From assembly GCF_964204645.1 (NCBI RefSeq), contig NC_134036.1, forward strand, positions 4,742,600 through 4,806,599: a stretch of DNA of 64,000 bases. The letters are read 5' to 3'. Below, in pieces: positions 52,301-63,441 of the stretch. The stretch is from Tubulanus polymorphus (Eukaryota; Animalia; Nemertea). The first letter of the stretch is position 1; each line of letters begins with the position of its first letter. Both the position numbers and the translations under genes were made by a program. The notes below the pieces were generated by a model. The model was not told where the DNA came from. It made no database searches and saw only the letters and a program-made list of their open reading frames with translations.

Positions 52301-52364
52301 CTTGACAGACGATCAGCGACGCTATAAACAGCGCTCTCAGTCGCTGCTCCATACCGAACAACAT
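46389..52364 (-). CDS. GRL101-like CUB-CTL-LDLa-LRR GPCR, copy 4; exons 52364-51138, 51056-49728, 49641-46389; +1 frameshift at the T6 run 49339-49344 (pseudogene allele or sequencing error)
   Basis: Phase-0 introns 51137-51057 (81 nt) and 49727-49642 (86 nt). Removing one A from ACC AAAAAA CGAC restores NATKNDTILVREK, matching paralog NVTKDDTFIIREK. Confidence 0.82.
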
Positions 52365-54901
52365 CAACACGATACAATTCTCTTACTATACAAATGCTGC
52401 TCGGTTGTACACAGATTTTAAAGTTCTCTTCATAAATGATGCTGAACTTTTCGAATGCCGAAATTTAATGTTTGCTGCTCTCAGCGATTTCAGAATGCGA
52501 ATATATTTTCCAGCCTCTGATGCCGAAAGCGATTGTGGTATCATTTACTCGAACAGTCATTAATTCACGATTGCTTCGAATTAAAGCTATCATCTTCCCA
52601 GTAATTACCATCCGTATATTATATATATATATATATATGTGCAGCAATTTTCAGCTGCACGTTTCCACGCATCGTAAATATCCATGTCCAATTATATTTC
52701 GAAAATATTTCGAATTTTTTTCGCTACATATATTATTTTCTATATGTTATTTTAATATGTTCGCTGATGTACTGCGTGTATAGAACACGACATTCTGACT
52801 AAAGCACCGATCTTACATACGCGATAACTGCAAAACTAACAAACTTACTTAGATGTTCAATTGACTCTTTCAAAAATGATATAAATACAGCTGGATAACG
52901 TCGACAATGAACAACAACACGATATAACGGGACCATCACGAAATCCGTACGAATATTCTATTTATCAAGGCAAATGTTACTACGTTCTACAAAACCTCTT
53001 CGCGTGGTAAAATTATCGGAAGAAAATATAACTCGAATGGTAAACCGTAAAATAAGTCTTCAAGAACAAAGGGCATCCGCGGTGTGCCTGACTTTCCTAT
53101 ACGACCGGCCACTAATCGATGGCAAGTATCGACAATGCTCTTTAAGAATGGCCAGTCTAACTGCCGTATGAAAATATTACTTCACGTTGCGTTAAGCGTC
53201 GTGATTGATATCAATAAGCACGGCGCTCTTTAAGAAGATAAATCATCGATATTATTTAAAGAAGGTTCCAGTTTCTAGGCGCCATTCTGTGGCGGTCCCT
53301 CGAGGTCCCCATTAAACCTATAAATTACCGTTTAAATGTCGACTAATTTGTTCATTTTAATTTACTAATGATATCTTATATTTCGTTATCACGCTTTCGA
53401 GAAGATGGAATTTTGAACATCTGTTTGGGTGTTCTTTTTAGGTACATCGTATTTTCGATCCGTTTCACTTATATAGAATTTATTACATTTACCACGAGAT
53501 ATTTCCATAAACCCCACATTCAATAGGTATCATCTTTAGGTTTATGGGAACTTAGATTGTTGACAAGTTTACATTCCAATACCACTCCGATATTAAACGT
53601 TCCTAGATGTTTTTTTTAAATAAACCAATTAAGTGACAAATACACGAGACAAATACGAATATTTCAAACTTGTGGGATCAGGATGCCTCATTTTTTTCTG
53701 CTGAAATATATCAATCTTGCCCTTTATATAGGCAAGATTCGATTGAGTTGTATATAAAGTGTACAACGTGTCTGGAGCAAACAAGATTGATGACTTACAT
53801 GATTTTTCTTTCTGTTTCAGCCAATATCGCCGGTGCCCTCTTCGTTTTTTCTTGCCTCTCTAGGAACTGCAATAATAACGGAAGAAATCAGAAACAAATT
53901 ACCAATTTACTTCACGTGCGCGGATTTGACGAATCAACGACCTCGATTTACTTATTAGATCGAACTAGAATGAACGATAATTCAAAAATGTTGATTCAAC
54001 TATCAAATACTGGCTTTTCATATACACGCGAGGCCGCGGTGTTTCCCTCCTGAAAAACCTGGCATCGGAAATAATGCCAGAAAACTCCCTCGTAATTAAA
54101 AAGCTGATTCGAGCTACTCTGAATAGTGCGAATACATCGAACTTAGCAAAATGTATAAAAATTCACTTTCAATGAATACAAGTTTTTCTTTAAAGTTTTT
54201 CTGTTTGCTTTACTTTCATTTCATTACGAGATTAAGCGCGTGTTGTCTTGAAAAAAATCCCACCATAGAATTTTATGTGATAAAATTCAATCGTTGGATT
54301 TCTTCATTCGCTTACACTTTTCACAGATAAGAGTATTTTGACCGACGTTGTGTGCAAGTGACTATATATGTACTTATGGAGTCGGACTATGCATTCATTT
54401 CATAGACATCTATTTCGTATGTTCTTTTATTCGTAAATTTTGCAGGTGATCCATCTTATGTGTAAGATTCATATATGCTATAATTTCCCCAACTACTTAA
54501 TGATATTTATGATATTGCGACCTATTCTTATGATGTTGCATTCGTTTATAGGATGGTCTGAAGCGAGGTGAATTGATATATGATAGATGTTTAATATCCG
54601 CGCTGGTTAGAAAGAAATTAAAAGTCCCTCCTAGGTAAAAGAATACCCGCTGATAAAAATACCCCGAATGTTGATTTCGGAGCAAAATTCGACGAAACGT
54701 TTTGAAACTCTTATGTCGGAGAACTTCGATAGATATCAAAAAAATTAAAATTCTCAGTGGTGTTGGTCACAATATTCAGTTTGAGTAATCTGCTACTTTT
54801 TACCAAGCCAATTGCATCAAAAATCGCTTTATTCTGTGACTTGTAGCATGTTACATTCAAGCAAAATATCTATGAAGAAAGATAGGTCAAAAGTAATAAT
54901 G

Positions 54902-54903
<2 letters not shown>

Positions 54904-54969
<66 letters not shown>
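54904..54969. repeat. (TA)n microsatellite
   Basis: Read directly from the sequence. Confidence 0.95.
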
Positions 54970-54973
<4 letters not shown>

Positions 54974-55169
54974 TTATGTATACCTAAATAATGTTTTAAA
55001 CAGTATTATCTAGTTTATATTTAAGTTTCATATTCTACTCTGATCGAATACTGAATTTCAACCCAAGGGAGATATTTACCGCTGTAGTTTTTTTTACCGT
55101 GGGACGATTACCATGTGGCCTACATTCATAATTTAGACAGCTAGTACGGTCCTAGTATCATACATCATT

Positions 55170-55214
55170 CCACCTGATGACGGCTGTTAATAATCAACAG
55201 CCGTAACGTTGTGG
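55170..55214 (+). ncRNA. Degenerate minimal type I hammerhead ribozyme of the Penelope/retrozyme kind
   Basis: CCAC-CTGATGA-C-GGCTGTT-(AATAATC)-AACAGCC-GTAA-CGTT-GTGG: stem I CCAC/GTGG, core CUGAUGA, 7-bp stem II. GAAA is mutated to GTAA, but the sister copy at ~34209 retains GAAA. Confidence 0.65.
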
Positions 55215-55437
55215 TTTCAAAATTATAAATTTCATCATATGATTTAATTCGAATTTTGGGATTATTTCATTTATCATTTATCATTATATATCATATTTCG
55301 ATAATATAGGATGAATCTAGAAGCTCAAACGTATATAAAATTAGGACCTAATCTAACAAAATTAGAGCATTTCAGATCCGTCTTAGGGTAATATTACAAT
55401 TCCAGGGGTCCCGTGTTGAGAATTATTCGGCGTCGCG

Positions 55438-55740
55438 TTAATTCGTTCTTTCCTTTTTCCTAGTTAAATCGTGATTTGTCTTAATCGAAAACATCGCCTT
55501 CAGTTGATTTCGAAAGCGACGCCTCGACGCGCAATAAATGACGAAATTAGTAGACGCTACGGCCATTCTGGCTATGTTCTGGGTCACGATAAAAACTAAC
55601 ATGTCCCAAGGAGTTTCTTTATACGTAGGCACTTTTCCAAATACCCGTATTAGGTTGTGAATGCCTGCCTTCATACTAAAAGATTTCTTCAACAAATAGA
55701 AACATGAAATGAGAATTAACGTCAAAGTTAAACTACGGTC

Positions 55741-55776
<36 letters not shown>

Positions 55777-56604
55777 GCTATTAGAAGTTTGATTACTTGT
55801 AGACATGGTTTTTCTCGCTGCTCCTGCGCGTCTTAACGTGAAAATCAATCGGATAGTTATCAGAACTACTATCACTGTCGGGATGAAAACTAGAAAAGGG
55901 ATAGTTACGAACACGACGTAGTATCTCACATAAAGGTCTTGTTTCCAAAATCCGTTAATTTGTATAACCCATCTGACGTGTCCGGTGCACGGGTTGGTGG
56001 TCATAAGGGAACGATATTTAGCAAACTCCCTGGACCGATCACACACGGATATTACAAACACAAAAGTGATGTAGATATAACATTTCTTCATACTTATAAT
56101 TCTCATAGCTTTCAGGGGCCAACAAACAACGATATATCTATCGATGGCTATTAACAATGTTATCAGATCGCTGATATCCGAAAACACTAATTTGATGTGC
56201 CTGGTGTATGCGGACGCACGCTTCATAGCGTGGTTTATTTCAGCAGTCATGTCCAGTAACAGCGTGTGACTGTAGAGCCAATAGTGAAAGTTGAATACAA
56301 TATAAGACAAACAAATAAACATGTCCGCAACTGATATACACCTCAAATAGAATATACTGGTGTTGTTCGAACTTTCTTTACTGAGAATAATGAAAGACAG
56401 TAAATTTGTGACGAAACCGAAGATGGCAAAGCTGAAAACGACATAAGTCGTGATCTGTATCATCAGGTTATCGGCAAACGGCCTGTAATCGGCGTTGTGT
56501 ACGTGCCGACACCACCAACGTGGTTTAAACCCTGCCTTCTCAGTGGTGGTTGATCCGTTCAGGTCGAGAAACCGAGCGCCAACCGATACATTATCCGGTG
56601 TCAT
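55438..56604 (-). CDS. Intronless class A GPCR, FMRFamide/sex-peptide receptor-like (388 aa)
   Basis: 7 TM segments, IAIDRYIVVCWP, TM7 STNFVIYC, poly-Ser ICL3. Confidence 0.92.
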
Positions 56605-57193
56605 CTCATTTCAGTCAGCACAGCGTTATAAAGTTTATATCGCAGTCCGTATCGGCCACTGATTGTTAAAAGATTATCGAAATCCGTGTGGAATTACTAT
56701 TCGGTAAAGTCTTTCAGCCAGTTCCTTTTAGATATCATCGATCGACAAGAAGTGCCTTCGATACAAACGGGCGTCAATTCAATAAACTGCACAGACTCTC
56801 AAATGCGCGCTGACGCTGAGACGAAGTCGAAATCTAAATACTGCAGTTTTTCATATGACGCCCAATAGCGAAACTATTTCATTCTATATCGAACTACAAT
56901 TTCGCGCTGTAGCAAACTGTCCCGTATCATTATTGTCTGACGTCATAGAATCGATGAAAAGAAGCGATGCAGAGAGACAATATATCAGTACAGCGCGATG
57001 CTGAATAGTATCTGTAGCTTTTCTATGTAGTAAAATAGTTAAAGCAGTAGAATAGGAAACAACAGCGGAAAATTCCACCGTTTCACCGCTCACTATGAAC
57101 CGGTTTTAATTGACCGATCAATTAGCGATTTGTTGATTAAAAGAGCCGGTTTCAATGGACTAGCACTAGCTTAAAAAAACTCTTTCGTTACAA

Positions 57194-57223
57194 AGCAGTC
57201 CAACAGTCGACTGTTGGACTGCT
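57194..57223. repeat. Perfect 30-bp palindrome
   Basis: AGCAGTCCAACAGTC|GACTGTTGGACTGCT. Confidence 0.9.
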
Positions 57224-59054
57224 CTACAGCATGCCAGTGCAGTTTGAGCAGACGTCTTCGACTAGTTCGCCATCTAACGGACATCTAGGTCAGTTGGCCT
57301 GCGAGGTGACCGCCAAAATCTAAAGGATTTCGGTGTCACTGCCCAGATTGTCGGGTTTTAAACCCGGGGTCTCAAACCGCTATAGTCGGCTTGTTGATAA
57401 CATAATAACGATGTGTTGTCTAATTGCGTTACATTACTAATCATTGCCCTCAATCCGGGATTCGGTAATTAAGCGCAATATCCGATGTACAATCGGTGAT
57501 ACGTTCATTGACGGCTTGTTCAGTAAAGAACAGGTTTCCAACAACAGCGTATAAATCGATGGTTTCATGATAATAATTTACATTTATATAGCGCATGTAT
57601 TCTTACCAGAGTGAATTCAGATGCGCTCCTTATTTGGTATCAATACCCCCCCTTAGCCTATAGCTCTATCCCATGTATCAGTCATCCCTCCCTTGGGAGA
57701 AGTTACATCCGAGCAGCTACTAAGCGCTTCGGTTTCGCTTACGGTTTTAGTTTAGAGTATATCAACGATAAAGAAGGTTCCTAGGATTCGGGCCAGTTCG
57801 TTCGCGAACGGTGGCGTCTTCCATATTGTGTCGGGGTCGATAGCGTCTATTCGTGTCCAACCTAACGCCCGCACTACACCCGCAAGCTTGTATCATTTCA
57901 CTGAGTTTATTCCCCGCATAAGTGTCTAAAATAGAGGGTCAGGCAATAGTTTAGAATTACTCACGTGGTCATCGAGTCCAAGTATAGCTGATATAGCTAT
58001 ACCGAGAATGTACAGGCAGCCATATTAAAACCGATAATTCCTCAGTGATTTGAACACGGGAAACTGTACAAATCCGATTATCTTTATCAATATCTAACAC
58101 CGCGTACTCTACAGATTCTATTCCACTGAGATAATCACACGAAATACCTTAATAAATCTACTCAAAATAGAGATATTCTAGCAGTGTTCTGGCAATAGCG
58201 TAGCCACTTAAGCCGCGACCTATTTTCGGACGGCTGAGAAATGAATCACAATTGGAAGTGGCCCAACCGCTCCCATTTCTGATTTCCATTGCTCTGTCGT
58301 CTCGGAACGCTAAACAAATCGGCTATTTATTTTGCGACTTCAAAAATATAGCGAATTCTAAAGACCGGTTTTTGATTTGAAACCTGGGACTAAATGTTCA
58401 ATCTGGTCAGTGTATAAGCGGGATGCGTTAATATTACATCTCTCGTATATATTCGCGTTATTTGAATTATCTGCACGGAATGAAACGGTTTTTGTAAACT
58501 AACACGCGCATGGTTTGCACGGACTGCGCTGTCTGTTGGAAACGGGAATAAGGGAATTCGAGGTCATGCTTTTAAGTCGAATTCAATCGACGTCAACCGC
58601 TTAATTTTAGTTTTATCTCACCAACAATACAGAACTTAATTCCAAAACATTCGCGTGAGTGGGTCAATTCAAATCTTTAAGAAGAGACTTAAAACGCATA
58701 TTTTTAACGAAAGTTACTACCTGAAAAGTTTAAGCTCAATAGAATATTATATTTTAAACTATCTGTAATGTTCAGTCGTTTTCTGTAAAGCGCTTAAGAG
58801 TCATTATGAGATTTAGCGCTATATGTCAATAAATTTCATTATAATATTATCATTATCATTATTACATCTCAGAACTTAACTCTCATGGACTCAACGCCAT
58901 TAAACGAAGCAGAAAGCTGATTTAAATATATTCGATTTTCGTACCGTAAACGTTACATGTAAAGTGGAGATATTATTCTGTGCTTCATGCGATGTATATA
59001 TATATACTAATTTTTATCCCTCGGAGCGGTGTGACTAAGGCGTTTCTAAGTCGC

Positions 59055-59190
59055 ATGCGATAATGATACGGTACTGTTCGACTCCGCAAGTTTGCAGCTT
59101 TACCAAAAAGGATTTGGTGTCTCGCTATTGGGCGTCAACAGAAGTATTGCTGTATTTGTATTTCTAGTCTCCTGGCGTCGGCGCGCAATT
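59055..59190 (+). promoter_or_regulatory. Conserved upstream motif set of the peptide-receptor-like GPCR genes
   Basis: ATAATGATACG, CTATTGGGCGTC (reverse CCAAT) and TCAGCGTCAGCGCG-like motifs recur in the same order upstream of 62293, 56604 and 30726; only the last motif is seen upstream of 9252. Confidence 0.6.
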
Positions 59191-59358
59191 GACTCTGTGC
59201 AGTTAGGTGGCTGACGTCCGTTTATACCGTAGTCAAATCTTGAAAGGAAATCGCTTAATAACTGAAATGTTGTCGTGAAAGATTTGCGGATATTAGGAAG
59301 TTTACATCGATTGTTGGTCTATTAACAGCCAGCGGTTGTGCGTTGTGCGCGGACTGAA

Positions 59359-60495
59359 ATGATGGCTACAGAAAATGTATCGGTTGTTGGCGCTCAGTTT
59401 CTCGACCTCAACGGATCGGACCTGACAACAACCACCACTGAGAAGGCAGGGTTTAAACCTCACCCTTTGTGTAAGACTATCCATCATGCAGATTACAGAC
59501 CGTTTCTAGAGAACATGATTATACAGGTCACGACGTACATTATTGTCAGCCTTGCGATCTTCGGTTTGGGCACAAATTTGCTGTCTTTTGTTATTCTCAG
59601 TGAAGAACGTTCAAACAACACGAGTATATTCTATTTGAGATGTTTGGCGGTTGCGGATATGTTTATTTGTTTGTCATTTATTGTTTTTGATTTCCACTAT
59701 TGGCTCTACAGTCACACATTGTTACTGGACATGACTGCTGAAATAAACCACGCTATGAAGCGCTTGTCCGCATATACGCAAAACATTAGATTCTTGTTTT
59801 CGGATATCAGTGATCTGATAACATTGTTAATAGCTATAGACAGATATATCGTTGTTTGTTGGCCTCTGAAAGCTATGAGAATTATAAGTATGAAGAAATG
59901 TTACATCTACATCACTCTTGCTGTGATTATTTCAGTTTCTGATCGGATGAGAGAATTTTTCAAATTTTACTCTCGCTCGTCCATCAACCCGTGCACCGGA
60001 CACGTCAGATGGTCCACGAAGTCGACTACCTTCTCGTTAAAAAACGTTTATTTGAGGTACTACGAGGCGTTTGTAAGCTGTCCATTGCTAGTCATTATCC
60101 CGACAGTGATAGTGGTTCTAATAACTATCCGATTGATTTTCACGTTGAGACGCGCAGGAGCAGCGAGAAAAACAATGTCTACAAATAATCAAACTTCTAA
60201 CAGCAGCAGCAGCAGTGACCGTAGTTTAACTCTGACGTTAATACTCATTTCATGTTTCTATATCGTGAAAAAAGCTTTTAGTCTCAAGGCCGGTATTCAC
60301 AACCTTATTCGGACACTATTCGGTAGAGATGCTACGATTAAAGAAACTCCGCGAGACACTTTAATTTTTATCATGACCCAGAACATTATTAGAATGATCG
60401 TAGCGTCTAGTAATTTCGTCATCTATTGCGCTTCGAGGCGTCGCTTTCGAAATCGATTGATAGCGATGTTTTGGATTAAGTTAAATAAATCATGA
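59359..60495 (+). CDS. Intronless class A GPCR, FMRFamide/sex-peptide receptor-like (378 aa)
   Basis: ATG at 59359 in ORF 59338..60495; DRY, SSNFVIYC; close paralog of 62293 and 55438. Confidence 0.92.
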   Translation: MMATENVSVVGAQFLDLNGSDLTTTTTEKAGFKPHPLCKTIHHADYRPFLENMIIQVTTYIIVSLAIFGLGTNLLSFVILSEERSNNTSIFYLRCLAVADMFICLSFIVFDFHYWLYSHTLLLDMTAEINHAMKRLSAYTQNIRFLFSDISDLITLLIAIDRYIVVCWPLKAMRIISMKKCYIYITLAVIISVSDRMREFFKFYSRSSINPCTGHVRWSTKSTTFSLKNVYLRYYEAFVSCPLLVIIPTVIVVLITIRLIFTLRRAGAARKTMSTNNQTSNSSSSSDRSLTLTLILISCFYIVKKAFSLKAGIHNLIRTLFGRDATIKETPRDTLIFIMTQNIIRMIVASSNFVIYCASRRRFRNRLIAMFWIKLNKS

Positions 60496-62292
60496 TTAGT
60501 AAATTGAATACAAAATCAAAGAATCTGGTCTCAGAATGAAATATATAGTCGAACTTTTTGAACTATGGATTCATAATACGTTGTAATAGAAAAATATGAG
60601 GCTACGAAAACTAGAACCTGTCCATATATCATAAATGAAATAATTCCCTTCATTTCAGGCCACAGGAAAATGACGATCTTTCGAGCCATCTTAATCGTTA
60701 ATGTGTTCGGTAGATTACAGACCAGCTAAAACTTATAATTTGATTCATGAATGAATTTTCTGCCGATAATAGAGCAGACAACACAGATATTAATGAAATA
60801 TATCGACCCTCCTGAAAACAGGGGCTGATCTGGAGAGGAAAATGGAGAGGGAGATGCATGCACCTACTATATTGTAATGAGAAATAATGAACGAAGAAAT
60901 TACAATGGAACAACAAATTCGTGAAACATTAAAAAACATTAATTCATCATTGAAATAAATCTCGTACATTCAAGATGATGTATTTGTGCTACTCAAACGA
61001 GCCGGTAGTAAGTAAACGAAGTAATTTTGTCCATAATAAGCCTTATTTTAGAAGCCAGTGTTTCTAGGTTGGATTCCTGTGGCCGTACACACGCGCGTAT
61101 ATCAAAAGCCCGAATTCGGTAGTCCTTTCACTATTTTTGAATCATTGTTCATTCCATTTAATGGCGGCCGATAAGGGCCATGAAAATATTTCCTGACAAA
61201 CAATTATTTCGTCATGAAAGATGAATTTCCATCGACATATATTCGTTTTTGACAATAATTCCGCCATGAAAAAATAAATCGCCTACCTTAACATATATCC
61301 CGATGATTGAAATATTTTTGCAGTGTAAAATTACTGGGTTTTTCCGTTATGGTAGGATAGCTAATAACTCGCCCTGAGTAGAGTAAACTCACACAGCGTG
61401 TATAAAATCCTACTCGGGGCAAACCGCACGACCCCCATACACACGTACGTGAATCGGGTTACTTGGGGGTAGAGCTTCGTCCTTGGAACCTAAATAGTGT
61501 TCTTACAAGCCTTACGGTACAGGGATGGTGGGATGCTGATGATTCCATTGGCAATGGTCACGTAAGGAGTCCATATGAACACAGATTAGGGTCAAACCTA
61601 TAGATATTTTTATACAGTCAAAATCAACAAATTGAAAACAAAACAAGCGCAAGGATTTTACAGACTTCGCTGTTCGTTCGAAACGGGAACAAGTGGCACA
61701 TGTTTATAAGTCATGTTTATAAGTCGAATGTCATCGGATTGTCATCAACTTCTGAAAAAATTCTGGTTTTTAAATCAACTTCTAAATAAATCCTGGTTTC
61801 TAAATTCTTTTAATCTGTAAATAGTGGGATTTTATCTTATTAAATAAAACGAAGTTAAGTTTTCTACCGATTTGTCTACGAACTGTTAGCGGAAAGCTGG
61901 TGTAAACATATTCTATATTTCTGTACCGTTAAAACTTATTTAACCCTCGGAACAATGTGAATACAGCGTCTCTGACTCGTATGCGATAATGATACGGTAC
62001 GAATCGACTCTCTGCAAAATTGAAGCTTAACCAATAAGGATTTGGAGTCTCGCTATTGGGCGTCGACAGAAGATCTGCAGTATTTTGACTTCTAGTCTTT
62101 CAGCGTCAGCGCGCGTTTAACTCTATGCAGTTTAGGTGGCTTGACGTCCGTTCATACCGTAGTCAATTTTAGATAGGAAATCACTAATAACTGAAATGTC
62201 GTCTTGAAAGATTTACAGATGATATTGGAAGTTTAAACTGATCGTATCTCTATTAACGACCGGTGACTGCGCGCTGTGCGCACACTGAAGTG

Positions 62293-63441
62293 ATGGCTTC
62301 AAAAAATGTACCAGATCAGTTCCTCGACCTCAACGGATCGGACCTGACAACAACCACCACTGAGGAGGCGGGGTTTAAACCTCACCCTTTGTGTAAGACT
62401 ATCCATCATGCAGATTACAGACCGTTTCTAGAGAACATGATGATACAGGTCACGACGTACATTATTGTCAGCCTTGCTATCTTCGGTTTGGGCACAAATT
62501 TGCTGTCTTTTATTATTCTCAGTAAGGAACGTTCAAACAACACCAGTATATTCTATTTGAGATGTTTGTCTGTTGTGGATATGTTCATATGTTTGTCATT
62601 TATTGTTTTCGATTTTCATTATTGGCTCTACAGTCACACGCTATTACTGGACATGACTGCTGAAATAAACCACGCTATGAAGCGCATGTCCGCATACACG
62701 CAAAACATAAGATTCTTGTTTTCAGATATCAGTGATCTGATAACACTGTTAATAGCTATAGACAGATATATCGCAGTTTGTTGGCCCCTGAAAGCTGTTA
62801 GAATTATAAGCATGAAGAAATGTTACGTCTACATCGCTCTTGCTGTGACTATATCAGTTTCCGATCGGATTAAAGAATTCTTCAAATATTTCTCTCGCTC
62901 GTCCATCAATCCGTGCACCGGACACGTCAGATGGTCCACGAAGCTGACTGCGTTTACGTTGAAAAATGTTTACGTAAGATACTACGAGTTGTTTGTAAGC
63001 TGCTCGTTACTAGTCATAATCCCGACAGTGATAGTGGTTCTAATAACTATCCGATTGATTTTCACGTTGAGACGCGCAGGAGCAGCGAGAAAAACCATGT
63101 ATACAAAAAATCTAACTTCTAACAGCAGCCGCAGCAGCAGCAGCAGCAGCTGCAGCAGCAGTGACCGTAGTTTAACTCTGACGTTAATTCTCATTTCATG
63201 TTTCTATGTCGTGAAAAAGACGTTTACTCTCAAGGCAAGTATTCATAATCTAATAAAGACTCTGTTCGGTAGAGATGCTACGATTAAGGAAACTCCGCGA
63301 GACACTTTGATTTTCACTATTACCCAGAACATTATTAGAATGATCGTAGCGTCCACTAATTTCGTCATCTATTGCGCTTCGAGGCGTCGCTTTCGAAATC
63401 AACTGAAAGCGATGTTTTCGATTAAGACAAATTGTGACTAG
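62293..63441 (+). CDS. Intronless class A GPCR, FMRFamide/sex-peptide receptor-like (382 aa); tandem duplicate of 59359 gene
   Basis: ATG at 62293 in ORF 62263..63441. Flanks (~61675-63955) are homologous to ~58530-61055. Confidence 0.92.
   Translation: MASKNVPDQFLDLNGSDLTTTTTEEAGFKPHPLCKTIHHADYRPFLENMMIQVTTYIIVSLAIFGLGTNLLSFIILSKERSNNTSIFYLRCLSVVDMFICLSFIVFDFHYWLYSHTLLLDMTAEINHAMKRMSAYTQNIRFLFSDISDLITLLIAIDRYIAVCWPLKAVRIISMKKCYVYIALAVTISVSDRIKEFFKYFSRSSINPCTGHVRWSTKLTAFTLKNVYVRYYELFVSCSLLVIIPTVIVVLITIRLIFTLRRAGAARKTMYTKNLTSNSSRSSSSSSCSSSDRSLTLTLILISCFYVVKKTFTLKASIHNLIKTLFGRDATIKETPRDTLIFTITQNIIRMIVASTNFVIYCASRRRFRNQLKAMFSIKTNCD

Noticed and set aside
57620-57960. Slightly GC-richer stretch suspected to be a retroelement fragment
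   Set aside because: No recognisable RT/endonuclease motif or termini on manual translation.
61536-61570. CTGATGA followed by a short hairpin
   Set aside because: Lacks the GAAA core and stem I/III pairing of a hammerhead.
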